From: Octopus bimaculoides
Taxonomy: Eukaryota
Direction: 5' to 3'
Length of the DNA stretch: 63,923 nt
Assembly: GCF_001194135.2 (NCBI RefSeq)
Contig: NC_068992.1
Span: forward strand, 1,621,644-1,685,566
Under the pieces are notes generated by a model that saw only the letters and a program-made list of their open reading frames with translations, made no database searches and was not told the origin of the DNA. Numbering within the stretch: position 1 is the first letter of the stretch; each line of letters starts with the position of its first letter. Shown one piece after another: positions 1-12,300 of this stretch. A program made the translations under genes and the position numbers.

Positions 1-169
1 TATATATATATATATATATATATGCTTATGTACAGGTGTACACAAATATATGCAAATATAAATTCATGCATATGTTTGTCTGCATACATCCGTGTAAGTG
101 TATTTGCGTGTGTATTTTTCCTTTTAATAAATGAACATCACCATTCCCCAAACCGACCTCCAAATGGCC

Positions 170-1480
170 AGATTTGTAATTCAAGTTGATGACAGTGTCA
201 TGTTCGTGTGCATTGATGTAGTTAAAACGGTGCAGTTTTCCTCATCTTTTACTGCAAGTTACCATAGCAACAACTATCTCATAAACCCCAGAAAAGCTAA
301 TCTTTGTTTTCACAAGGTGCTAGTCATTGCTGCTGTTTTGGCATTTATGTTATGTTACATTTGTTTGTGCTCATAGTGTTGCTGGTGATAATCCAGTTTA
401 TGCAATGTCCAACTGATATTTTGAAGCTTTTGTTCGTGTGTATGCCTTACTATCAAGCACCAACAAGCTCTCAACAATGGCGAAACCCATATTGTTGCTG
501 CTGTATGTTAGACAATGCTGTACGTTGAGCTGTGCAGTCATTAATCTCCTTTTTCTGAAGTCGTTATCTAGGTCATGACATGCTGAAAATGTTTCACTTC
601 TTTCAGCTTATGTTCTACTTTGATAATTGTATCTGCTAAAGTGCTAAAGTGTGGACAGCTGTAATGTGAACAAATGTAATATCTACTCTTAGACACGATA
701 GTTTCCCCTTTTAACTCAATACCGTAACAACGCAATTTCGTCTGCATGATCGCTTTGTGCAGTTAGTTCAAAGCGATGTCCATTCCTTTTATTGTACGTC
801 CAGTCTTTTTAATGAGTGCGAACCCGATGGATTGGTCACGTGTAGACATTTCAATACCATATTCTACTACTATTGCAGAAATGTAGACACTTACTACTCT
901 ATCTTTCTCGAGTACTATTTTAATGATTTGAAAAGAATTTCCTTCCTCATCATTAAAGGTATCTTCATCTATTGCGGCTTTGTGGAGAATATCGATAGAA
1001 TTCTCAATATAAACTACGGTTCCATATGATATGATTTCTGATTTCCATTATTTTGTTGCAATGAATTGAATCCAGCAGAAGGCATTTTTGAAGCCCTCAA
1101 CTGCAATTCTTGCTTCCAGTTTCTGATATCGTATTTCTCCTGGCAATTTTAGCAAACGAAATATTGGCACTGTAATGGCCGAAAATTAGTTTAGATTATC
1201 CTAGGGATTGGTTCTAAGGGAATTCCAATTTCTTATAGAGGCATCCTTCGAACTTCCATAAACGTACATCATAAACTTAGATTTTTGTAGCTTTCCGATT
1301 GTTTTCACTCACGCATTTTAGAAATTGGAAAAATGCATCAGAAGAAAGTAGCAACAATAAGGTTGAGCTTCCACTCAAACAGAATATTCCAAAATATAAA
1401 TGATCGCCTTTGATGGCAGCAAACACCACAAGTAGGAACCACAAAGAATTACAAATAAATTCTACGCATTTCAATCCGAG
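170..1480 (-). mobile_element. Decayed RTE-clade non-LTR retrotransposon (RT and C-terminal region)
   Basis: Manual minus-strand translation across stops and frameshifts gives RT-like motifs in the right order: FKNAF (cf. DFKKAFD), ISYG...NSFQIIKIVLEKD (cf. AYG..F.I..GVLQGD), DHADEIALL at ~731-750 (cf. FADDIALL), AYTR..NISW at 409-445 and STL*KQRLAF..LLLW..GKLHRFNYI (cf. RRLRFAGH..LLW..GRP..TYID). Confidence 0.75.
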
Positions 1481-3302
1481 ATCTGTGTTTCCATTTGTAT
1501 CATTATATTTAAACCTGATACAGAAATTTCAGAAATACATGTACACCTAGAAAAGTGAGTGAGCAGCGAATACACCATGAGCAAGGAAGAACAAGAAATG
1601 AAGTACAAAGGTGAAGACAACTCGGCACTTCCTGCCAAGAGTAAATCATCTACAACCTACAGTTTCAATTACCAGAGGCCACTATGATACTGGGAATCTT
1701 AAGTGATGTGCACCTTATAAAACAAAATATTTAGAAAGAAATTATAGAAATTACAATGAGGAGAGACCCTACAAAGAGAGAAATATTGAAACAAATAGTC
1801 CAATAAACAAATTACATAACAGAAATAAAATTCCTGATTCTATTTTGGCCAACCATCTGAAATTACTATAACATCATTCCTACATGTAGCGTATAGAGTT
1901 CCATCAGAACATATGGATGAGCATGATTGTATATGCTGAGGCGCGCGGCTTAGTTTTTAAGGAAACGTACTCATGATCATATGTTTACGGTTTCGAATCG
2001 TAGGTGATGTTGAGTCAGCTAGAAAAATTAATGATTCTGCGATGGACCGGAATCACGTCCAGCATTTTGTTGGGGGAGGGGGAATATATAAGCCACAGAT
2101 TCCGGGAAATCGGTCTTAGGACCCATGGGCTCGGAAGGGAATTTGTGTGTGTGTGTGGATGTTTGCATATATTTGTGTGTTTGTGTGTGTCTGTGTGTGT
2201 GTGTCTCTTTTTGCGTGTGTGTTTGAATATATGTAAAAATATCATATAGGCAACGGACGCCAGACAACTTCGCGTTGTTACAATTTGTTTATACACAATC
2301 ATAGATATATGCGAATCTAGTGTAGACATTCTGTGCAACCCGATCAATGATTCTCTGTAGTGGCTATATGATCTACATGTATATACATATATTGACATAT
2401 ACATCTAGATATGTGTGTGTGTCTGTGTATCTGCGTGTATTTGTACGAATGGGGATCTGTATGTAGATATATACGTATGCGTTTATTAGCATAAGGTTGA
2501 AAGGAAGCACATAGTCTTAGGCACACAGACAAAATATATATATCGTATACATCATTATTTATCTGATTGTAGTCTGTTTAAGCAATATTGCCGGATGTCC
2601 ATAACTATAAAATAAGTGAGCTAACGCCTATAGAAAATAAATATATAAGTATATCTAACATTTTAACATTAGAAGCTCTGAAAGAAATTACTGTTGCAAT
2701 TGTCAATGATATCAGCGCTTGGACTACTTAAAGTTGTTATATGATCGGAAGCAGTAGACTGGAGACGCCTTGATAGAAATTATTTCTTGATAATCTCTTT
2801 TGAAAAGATGGAGAAATATGTTATTTAGTAGATAATATAGAAACGTGTGTGCTACATTTATGCTGTTGGGTAGGCCTCAGTTGTCACAGAAAAATACGAT
2901 AAGTATGGTTACTTACTAGAAAAAATAGTCATGTAAATATTGCAAAGAAACACTATAATTTACTCAATGGTTTCAATCGAATTTCATACATACATAACCA
3001 AATACCGAGGCGCTATTGCACCATAGGAGACTTTGTATGTGTATGTCTGCGTGTACGTATGCATATCTATATATGAATACATGTATATACGCATATATAT
3101 ATATATATANNNNNNNNNNNNNNNNNNNNNNNNNNNNNNNNNNNNNNNNNNNNNNNNNNNNNNNNNNNNNNNNNNNNNNNNNNNNNNNNNNNNNNNNNNN
3201 NNNNNNNNNNNNNNNNNNNNNNNNNNNNNNNNNNNNNNNNNNNNNNNNNNNNNNNNNNNNNNNNNNNNNNNNNNNNNNNNNNNNNNNNNNNNNNNNNNNN
3301 NN

Positions 3303-3369
<67 letters not shown>

Positions 3370-3379
3370 CGAGAGCGAG
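3303..3379. repeat. (GA)n microsatellite bordering assembly gap 3110-3302
   Basis: Directly visible; the other side of the gap is (TA)n. Confidence 0.97.
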
Positions 3380-5281
3380 AACAGAAAGACGGAGTTATTA
3401 AATGCTTATGTGGTTTAGTGATTTCCTGTGTTTGCACGTTGGATAGTGTGCGTGCATGGTAATTGAAGGAATTCAGAAATTAGATTTACTGAAATGTCTG
3501 AGAAAGGAAGTCAATTGAGCCTGTCTTTTATGGAAAATACGTTCAATCAATGTTAATTTTAAAGTTAGTCTGTTCCGTATCAATTGGCATTGGTCAATCT
3601 AGTTTATAACAAGTGATAACCATAAAACCAGGGTCTAGACAGATAAATGAGTCATAATTAATTTCTTCCTTTTCCTATTTGTGTTCTGCAACTGTCTTGT
3701 TTGCTTTAAAGATTCAAATGTGGTGTGGATGGCAGTTCTATGGAATCAGCTATTATTGTAGACATCAAATAAACTGATGTTAAAAAAAAATTTACTAATA
3801 TCCGGTGAAGTTTCTCGCAGCACTTTCTTTTTTGTATCTTCTTATCTATTATTTTTGCAACGCTAATTAATTAGAGATGTCTTTCGTAACTTTCGCCGGG
3901 GAATTCTTTCGCCAAATAATGTTTTAAATAAAGGCGTTTATTATTCCAATTTGTTTCAGTTAGCCAACTTTCTAAAGGTTGGTTTCTTTATATCAAGATC
4001 TCTACGGAAATTAATTTAACAGAAATATGATCATGCAATTAGGAGTGTGCCCGATATCTGTAAATTGAAATTGACGACACCTACATTTCGAGTCTTATTA
4101 GTGTGTCATAATTTGTAAGGAATTGCTACACTCTAAGAAATATTGCAAAACCAGGACTTGGAGTATTTATAGTAAAAATTCATGGCATAACAAAACACGT
4201 TAAGAAGAAAGCAAAATTCTAATAAAATGAGGGCAAACATCCGTAAACAAATGGCCTAAAAATTATTCTATTTGTTTATATACTCGTAAACAGTCATTCA
4301 CTCAGAATATTTACATAAATCAACCTTTCGATATCTGTGAGATTATTTGAGAGTATTAATCTCATTTTCGGAAACAGACCTTCGGTTCTGTTCATTTATA
4401 TATTCTATTGTTCAAGGTTATACACTTCAATTTATTTATCCCATGTATAGGCCCATATCAGAATGACAGTGTTGTAATGGTGGTGTGATGAAAAAATCAT
4501 CTAGTTGAAATACCTAATACTTGCGCTGCCTTGTAACTTAAAATCTAAATTAAATGCAGTGGTGATCTATTGGCATAAAATGAAGCTGGAGAAGGACATC
4601 AGTTCTCGCCTTTGGTCAGAGCCACTTTTTTCGAGGCGACAAAAATTTCAGTGAAATCATTTAATAAATTCCATTTATGGAAAGTAAGTGGCATCCATAA
4701 ATCTAATACGTGTTGGAAATTATTCGGGATGTAGTTAAATTTATATTGGAGGAACAGTAGATACTCATCATTGAATACTGTTCAGATAGAGTAGAGTAGA
4801 TGCAGACACTTCAGATAAATAACATTCATAGTTTGCAAAATACTAAGTACGCTCAAATGTACACATTGAACATTGATTACAAGAACGGTACTTAATATTA
4901 ATTACATTTTATTAAAAAAGATAAACGGATTAGATTTACAATTATTACCATTATTACTAACAAAAAAGTTTACGCTCCCCACATTACGTCTCCTGTCACC
5001 GGCAATAACAGAAATCATTATCTCTCTTGTTTTCATCGACTTCTATAATGGGATTATAGCATTTCCAAAATCCGTCAGATATAAAAATTATAACAAAATC
5101 ATAGATTGCATAATCTTGAGTATATTTTGAAGAAAGTGAAACCGTACAATTACATAAATATTGCATTCTATCTATAAAGTCTTATAAAGTATCTTCATAT
5201 AATCATTTGCTTTATTTGTTGCATTAAATATAACAGCAAATAATTGGTTGACAGTTTCAATATATATATATGTCTGAGTGA

Positions 5282-5321
<40 letters not shown>

Positions 5322-5618
5322 NNNNNNNNNNNNNNNNNNNNNNNNNNNNNNNNNNNNNNNNNNNNNNNNNNNNNNNNNNNNNNNNNNNNNNNNNNNNNNN
5401 NNNNNNNNNNNNNNNNNNNNNNNNNNNNNNNNNNNNNNNNNNNNNNNNNNNNNNNNNNNNNNNNNNNNNNNNNNNNNNNNNNNNNNNNNNNNNNNNNNNN
5501 NNNNNNNNNNNNNNNNNNNNNNNNNNNNNNNNNNNNNNNNNNNNNNNNNNNNNNNNNNNNNNNNNNNNNNNNNNNNNNNNNNNNNNNNNNNNNNNNNNNN
5601 NNNNNNNNNNNNNNNNAT

Positions 5619-5736
5619 ATAAAGACAAAGACATATATATATATATATATATATATAAAGACAAAGACATATATATATATATATATACATTTATATAAAG
5701 ACAAAGACATATATATATATATATATATATATATAC
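5619..5736. repeat. Compound minisatellite ATAAAGACAAAGAC-(AT)n, three visible units next to a gap
   Basis: The motif ataaagacaaagacat recurs three times, separated by variable (AT)n runs. Confidence 0.9.
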
Positions 5737-5971
5737 ATTTGAAAAAATTAGTAGAGATGGGTCCTGGGGGGATAATTTTTATTTTGATAATGTTTGCAGT
5801 TACTCTTATGAGTTTCGAGCTTTTCGAAAGCCGTTTTCAAATTGAAATTCTGTGGTTTAGAAGGTTGTTTATATAGCAAAAAAAATTTTTATTACAAGTA
5901 TACAAATGAAAAATAAAAATAGAAGAAAAGAGATAGAAAATAATAAAAAGTAAAGAGCATGTGTGAAAAAG

Positions 5972-6018
5972 AAGACGAGGACAAATATCCGTCAAATGTA
6001 AATAATGTAAATAATTCC
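5972..6018 (+). mobile_element. 3' terminal fragment of the hammerhead-bearing SINE family (see 9654-9959)
   Basis: aagacgaggacaaatatccgtcaaatgtaaataatgtaaataattcc matches the 3' part of the 9654-9959 element and the reverse complement of 27750-27840. Confidence 0.8.
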
Positions 6019-6382
6019 GGTTTTCTTATTCAAACCTAAGTCGAAAGAAATTCAGTAATATTCAAAAGAAGAATTTTACTATAGTTATAGTGTATGATGA
6101 ACTCTGTAAGAAAGAGGTATCAAACTTGGCATGATGATTGTCAGTAGAGTAGGCTGGGAAATAACTTGAGGAGTGTATTGAAAGTGAAAAAGAGATGTAA
6201 TGAGGTAGTATGTGCGTGAGTCATTGATAATAACAAAGGAGAGCAAACTGAAGTAAATTATCGTGTTCTAGTTCATTAAATAACATATATTGCATATAGG
6301 CCTATGATTCACATTGCTATACTGCCATTATTTTGGTTTCTTTATTGGTTTCCGTATTTTTGGTATCGATATATAACGCTCG

Positions 6383-6598
6383 TAAGGCGACGAGCTGGCA
6401 GAATCGTTAGCGCATCGGGCAAAATAGTAAATAGCATTTCGTCTATCTTCACGATCTGAGTTCAAATTCCACAGAGTTCAATTTGTAATTTATCGCTTCG
6501 TGGTCGACAAAATAAGTACCACTTAAACACCAGCGTCGATGTCACGATTTAAGGATTCCCTAAAAATAGTGGCCCTGTGCGAAAATTTGAAACCAATA
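6383..6598 (+). mobile_element. tRNA-derived SINE (family A), near full length
   Basis: A-box-like TGGCAGAATCG at ~6396 and B-box GTTCAAATTC at 6460-6469; homologous to at least eight other segments in the window. Confidence 0.85.
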
Positions 6599-6699
6599 TA
6601 TAAGTTTCGTATGTAGGACAATAAAATAACAATCCCACTCTGCTTAATGAAAGAGATTCTGTCAAGAACTGAATAACATGCCACAGCCACTTACACAGT

Positions 6700-6935
6700 C
6701 AAACCTGTTTTGTTTGGTAGTGTGTGACATGATGTTACTCACTGTTTTCTTTGTAACCACGATCATACAGTCTGACGTTGACCAAACGGAACATCCAGGA
6801 TATGACAATCGAAAAGAGAAACGGCTGTACCAATAGCAACCTGCTAGTGCTCCTTTACTGGTCAGTAGACTGGAAGAATGTGAAATGAAGCATCTTCAAC
6901 AATAACCCACGCCTCCATTAGTAAAGATTGCCACT
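6700..6935 (-). mobile_element. Degraded SINE (family B core)
   Basis: The reverse complement contains gatgcttcatttcacattcttccagtctactgaccag, similar to the core cacttcatttcacctggctccagtcaactcagctgg at 52910-52945. Confidence 0.55.
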
Positions 6936-7928
6936 AGGCATTATCTTATCTTAATCTGTTTGCGTGAGAACGAAATGTTTTTAATTTAGATGACAGGGTT
7001 GAGTCAAAAACTGCGTATTGTTTGATCAATGTTTTCTTACGATATTTTCATTGTAATTACGTATGAATTTAATCCTTTATACCAGTAATTACATTGTAAA
7101 CATCTGAGTTTGTGTCATATATAAGTCGAGCCTTTAGCGACGCTCTGACTGGGTCTCGATTAGAAATAGCAGTCAAATCGGTATCACATCACAATCTGTC
7201 CATATAAAAAAAAATGAGACTTTGGACAATTTAATCCTGTTTACCCATAAAAATACCGGAAAAGTTGAAAGATTGAATACCTTTGATCATAGATCTGCTT
7301 AATGAGAGTCCACTTGGGGCGAAAGAGCAATAACAAGAACGGCAACTGTGATATATTTAATGACTAAATGTTATGATTCGTGTATACACAACAATTTTGT
7401 TAAATTCTTTGGTTTTGACCTGTTGAGAAGTATCTGTATTGCATGGTAATTTCTCTTCCCTTTTGTCGCTGGCATTAGCAAAAGACTTTTATTCGATAAT
7501 TTTCTTTCATGAGTCCTGTTTATTTAGTTTATTGTACAGCTATATGATCAATGATGATCAAAGGCCTTAATCATCACATGTCCAGCGTCTGATGGGAATT
7601 CACTACTTCAATTGCTCTTTCGAGTTGAGAATTTAGGCTTCTCATCAGTACTCATACATCGTTTGGTTCCATAATGGATGCTCTTGATGTAGAATTTGTA
7701 TGTTCAATTAGGTTTCTTTGGCGTATTCAGATCTGAGATTCAGCAAAATTATATTGCTAATGGGTTATGAAGGTAGGAGTTAAATATTACGATTGAGGAT
7801 ATGTATGCTTTGATGAACAATGATTTAGTGGGGTCGACACAGTATTCCATTTCATGAAAATATAAAACGGACGTTAGAAATATCTATCATTGTTTCGAAA
7901 GCTTAAAATTCATTCTTTTACAAAATAT

Positions 7929-7942
7929 GTGTGTGTGTGTGT

Positions 7943-7988
<46 letters not shown>

Positions 7989-8090
7989 ATGCATGCATAT
8001 ATATATGAATTATAGGTATCTCTATGTATGTATGTATGTATGTAGGTAGGTAGGTAGGCAGGTAGGTTGGTAGGTAGGTAAGTAGGTATG
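7929..8090. repeat. Compound (TG)n/(TATG)n/(TAGG)n microsatellite
   Basis: Directly visible. Confidence 0.95.
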
Positions 8091-9653
8091 TTTGAGAATG
8101 TGTGTAGACCCTTTTGAATTCAAAACGGATATTTTGTGGGATACCTTTGAACTGATAAATACAACAGATGCACATATTACATGTTCATTGCTAGGGAAAC
8201 GCTTCGTTTACTTAGGTATTCAAGCTTTATCAGCTCGTGCTAACGTAACATTCAGGAAGTTCCTTCAACAGAGTATTTTTACTGGAAATACAAAACGAAA
8301 TAATGATGCTTACCTGATGTTTCATTCGGTTTGTTCAAACATAACTACGCGTGATATGTGCAGTCATGCAAGCGGGTGTGAATGTGCGTGTGAGCGGATG
8401 TAAACGCTTTACTTTTGAAATTTCATAGTTTCATTAATCGAACTTTACGTGTATTCTGTCTAATAGTATAAATTATACCATAATTGCTGAAGGCTAAATG
8501 TTCATGCTGTTACTACTACAACGTTCTTGGAGGCGGAATGAAGATTCAACATCAAGGAAATGAGCAAATAAAAGCTGCACAACCTACTGCATTTCTCTTG
8601 TGACTTACGTGTACAACTCCATCGTATGTGTGCGTATATAAATGTGTAGGTACATATATGTATATTCATCGATACACACACACGCATACACACATATATG
8701 TATGCACATATGTGCATATACGTATGTATATATGCGTGTAAGTGTGTGATTGCCCGTGTATGTACGTGCGTGGGATGTCTGCATGTAGCAGTAAAGCGGG
8801 AAAACAAAAGAGAAATACATTGCGTTCTACGATTATTTTGTTTCAAATTTGGCATCAAATTGAACATTTATTGGATGTGTTCTGAATTAATTGATTGTGG
8901 AAGTTTCCGTTTTCATGTCAAAGGACTCAATGTTCAAGTTAACAAGTTCAAGATTCTGGTATATTTTTGCTGTTTAACCGTATAATAAAATTTTCTTTAA
9001 ATTAAATTTCATTACAGATAATAATTTGAGCAAAGTTTTCCTTAATAAGGTTGTAAATAGATACACTTTCATTCTATTTTTATCAACAATACGATTAGTC
9101 TATCCTTTCAAAACAGATCCCAAATGTTAACCTTGTGCGTTTTTCAAAGTCCATGAATGTCGTTATGACGATTGAAAAGCTCCAGAGGTGTACATCGAAG
9201 AAATGACATGCAAACATGTCGATTAAATTGGGAGGAATATAAATAGTTTTGATACTCACACATGCAGAATACATCCACATGCACATATCTATCTCTCCAT
9301 GTATGTATATATATCTCTCTCACTATATAAATGTATGTGTATGTATAATCCATACTAGAAGTAACACTTTTGTCATTAACTTAATCTATAATTTCTGTAC
9401 GCGTAACATAACAACATTACCATTAACAACATAACGAAGCAAAAAGAAGACTCTAGACAGAACAGGCAAATGTATCCAAATATACATCGTGGAATGTAAT
9501 TTCAAGAAATTATTCGTTTCAAAGCGGAAAGTTCTTTGAATACAGGTCTGTTGCATCGGAGAAAACTTGCATTAATACAAAAGTACAAGTAACTGATATT
9601 TTACCACCGAGCTCAATAAAAAATACCTTAGTAATTGAAATGTATTTAATAAG

Positions 9654-9734
9654 TTCTATATTTAAGAGATGAGGAATTATGTTAAGAGCGAAGGGTACTA
9701 ACCCAAAAATTCCGAGTTCGATTCCAGGCTGTGA

Positions 9735-9769
<35 letters not shown>

Positions 9770-9778
9770 TTAATAATA

Positions 9779-9811
<33 letters not shown>

Positions 9812-9959
9812 TCGAAAAATATCTTAGGAATGAGAACCCAGTTTCGAAATTTCCCCAAGACACCTGATGAAGGCTGGAGGGTATATCAGCCGAAACGTTG
9901 TTAACAACAACCAAGATGGGGACAAATATCCCTCACATGTAAATAATGTAAATAATGTA
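9654..9959 (+). mobile_element. Composite tRNA-head SINE with a Penelope-like hammerhead tail, flanked by an 11-bp TSD
   Basis: Direct repeat tatttaataag at 9643-9653 and 9960-9970; truncated tRNA-like head with B-box GTTCGATTCC at 9716-9725; (AAT)n at 9739-9809; hammerhead core at 9864-9899; 3' end shared with 5972-6018 and 27750-27840. Confidence 0.8.
9859..9904 (+). ncRNA. Minimal type I hammerhead ribozyme (this copy has a weakened stem I)
   Basis: CUGAUGA at 9864-9870, extra A, stem II GGCUGG/UCAGCC with an 8-nt loop, GAAA at 9892-9895, palindromic stem III A-CG-U and GUU cleavage triplet at 9897-9899. Stem I GACAC pairs with GUGUU as found in the 27750-27840 copy; this copy lacks 2 nt there. 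Confidence 0.7.
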
Positions 9960-10189
9960 TATTTAATAAGATCTTGTAAAGTAGTCACCTCGTATAGGAA
10001 ATGAGTTAATTTTCGAAGAATTTCAGTTACTGAGCTTGTGTAATGAAGCCGAATTACTCTTTGATATTAAGCACGTTTATTTTTTTTTTTATTCGGCTTT
10101 CCAGGCTTGCTTCAAAACATTGCACTGTAGGTTTTTATTTTTTGGATAGTTTTCTGCTCCGGTGACCACTTTACATTTGTTGTTTTATG

Positions 10190-10285
10190 AAGATAGCGCA
10201 ATGTTTTGCCATTGTATTATGAAGATAGCGCAATGGTTTGCCATTATTTTTTGTAAAGATAGCGCAATGGTTTGCCATTGTTTTC
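10190..10285. repeat. 32-34 bp minisatellite, three units, each with an internal inverted repeat
   Basis: aagatagcgcaatg(g/t)tttgccatt begins at 10190, 10222 and 10256; CAATGG-tttg-CCATTG is a hairpin. Confidence 0.9.
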
Positions 10286-11437
10286 TAACATTCGCTTATT
10301 GTTCTCCTTTATTACTCGGCTTCGCTTTTCTATCCACCATATGAGATTTTAATTAATGTATTTTATGTCATTAAGCGTTAACGCTTCTTGTTGACAAAGT
10401 ATATGAATACCACCTTCACTTTCTCCCTCTCTGTCTCCTCTCTCCAGCCCTCTCTCTCTCCCTTTCTCACTCTGCTTGACCATTTTACTAAAACTCATTT
10501 ATCTGCTTATCACTTTTGTTGGCTAGCTTGTTCGTTGCTATGTATTTACCTACCGATACAATTTCATTAAAACAGCCGTTCTAGATTCTTTGCATGCCCG
10601 CATGTTTTGTTTTTTTTTTGTTTAATTTTGTCTGTGGTGACACTAAATTACGGTTTTTATGTTGACTATGAGATATTTATATGTAATTTATAATAGATAT
10701 ATCTCAATTATCACTTACTTTTTTACAGGAATATACTTAATATTATATTTCCTCGAGTCATTGGTGTTTTCCCCTTAATAATGAACGATCGGATATCGCA
10801 CACGCTTCTAAATGAGTGGAAGTTTTGAAAAATGTTGTTTATTCTGCTCTCTATATGCCATCATCTCATACCGATTATTCAGTTTGTACATGTTTTCCTA
10901 ACTACGCTGTATTTTTTCTAGATATGGCATGTGCAGCAGCCATTTATTTAATGGTTTCTGTCTGTATTATTGCTGAAATTTTTCTTAATATTCTTTATTT
11001 TTCCCCCTGGTTCCAAATGTGCTTTGATGGAGATTATATGTTCCTTCTATAAATATTGCAAGAGAAGTGTGCCTAGAATGAGTCTGTGAATTTAAACGGC
11101 CCATATGTTGCCTCGATACAGTCATTGTTGCAATATCCCTTTTTCTGATTGTTAGTTCATCGATTACTTCGTTTTAAGGAAATTACGGTCAACGCATGCG
11201 GTTGAAATTGTTGCAGTTGAAACTAATTGTGTTTGAGCTTCGAGGTTTCCCGATGCGAGTCTATTTATAATTTGTTTGAGCTGCTTGTTACTTGAGCGGC
11301 TCTAATTATATTTTGTGCTATTCGTGCTGGAATCTATAGTCAGTTGGACAAATGTTGAAAAGCTATTTGTCGCCCCTAAGAGACCAAAGTGTTAGCTTAT
11401 CGAAGAGATACTTTTTTTTTTTTTTTGGATATTTCAG

Positions 11438-11631
11438 GTTTAGAATTAGTTTGTGTGTTTTGGATCATGTATTACATTGACCTGCATCCAGACACATTTA
11501 AGCTTGGATTGGGAAGATTTTTGTTCAATTTAGCATTTATCATTCAGGGATTGTTTAGGCATTCTTCAGCTTCTGTTGCGGACATTATTTCTCATTGCTT
11601 AAACTGTGTCTGGAACGTGTGTTTCTATTAG
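11438..11631 (+). CDS. Possible terminal exon, unrecognised hydrophobic peptide
   Basis: Long poly-T tract plus TTTCAG/G acceptor, open frame LELVCVFWIMYY...VWNVCFY* and ATTAAA at 11680-11685. No homology recognised; may be chance. Confidence 0.15.
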
Positions 11632-11837
11632 TGACATGCTTTTCGGCATTCTATAACGTAAGAGTTTTCCTGTGATTACATTAAACATTTTATCCTGGAT
11701 ATTTACTGTGTTTATCGTTAGAATTGTCATTACACTCACATTCACGCAAAAATATGCTACGAGAAATATATAAACGTACATGTGATGCTTGCGTAAATAC
11801 AAGCATATGCACATTTATATGCATATAGTTACATATA

Positions 11838-12250
11838 CGAGATCGGATTAATAAGTATCCGGACTGTTGCCATAGTACCGAAGCTAAAGCACACAGAGTG
11901 AAGCTGCTTGGCAAAAATTGACCTTAAACTCTGCAATGCATGCGTAGAAAGTTTTGACGTCATTGCTCACTAGCTTGGAAGGAAGGTGTGTAGCGTATGA
12001 TTGTCGCATTGACCATGACAGAGAAAGTTGTCATGGCATTACCTGCTCAGGCGCCCACACAAAGTTGCAGAAAGTCTATAGAGAGGGGTTTTATGAGTCG
12101 CACGCGAGTGTACGAGTGTTTCAGACCTTTCCTAGATGGCCGAAATATATCGATATCGACGAAAGTTCTGGTAGACCCGAAACCAATAAAGCTGAGAAAA
12201 ACATCGCAGATGTGCGTGCAGCCTTGAGGAGAAATCATTGAATCACCATC
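11838..12250 (+). mobile_element. 5' fragment of a mariner (Tc1/mariner) element
   Basis: TA followed by TIR-like cgagatcggattaataagtatccggactg. Frameshifted translation KLQKVY / MSRTRVYECF / DESSGRPETNKAEKNIADVRAALRRNH*IT matches the mariner N-terminal HTH region. Confidence 0.85.
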
Positions 12251-12300
12251 CGTCAGTTTTGACCGGCGTGCTAACGTTTCTGCCAGCTCGCCGCCTTACG
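12251..12300 (-). mobile_element. SINE family A head fragment
   Basis: The reverse complement cgtaaggcggcgagctggcagaaacgttagcacgccggtcaaaa matches the start of 6383-6598. Confidence 0.85.

Noticed and set aside
6201-6210. TGAGGTAGTA, the first 10 nt of let-7
   Set aside because: The rest of the mature sequence does not match and there is no hairpin.
7610-7660. Minus-strand CTGATGA...GAAA spacing
   Set aside because: No valid stem II or stem III.
9490-9499. TGGAATGTAA, the miR-1 5' end
   Set aside because: Only 10 nt match and there is no precursor fold.
10190-10285. CRISPR-like repeat-spacer appearance
   Set aside because: Eukaryotic context, three units, 8-10 nt related linkers and no cas genes.
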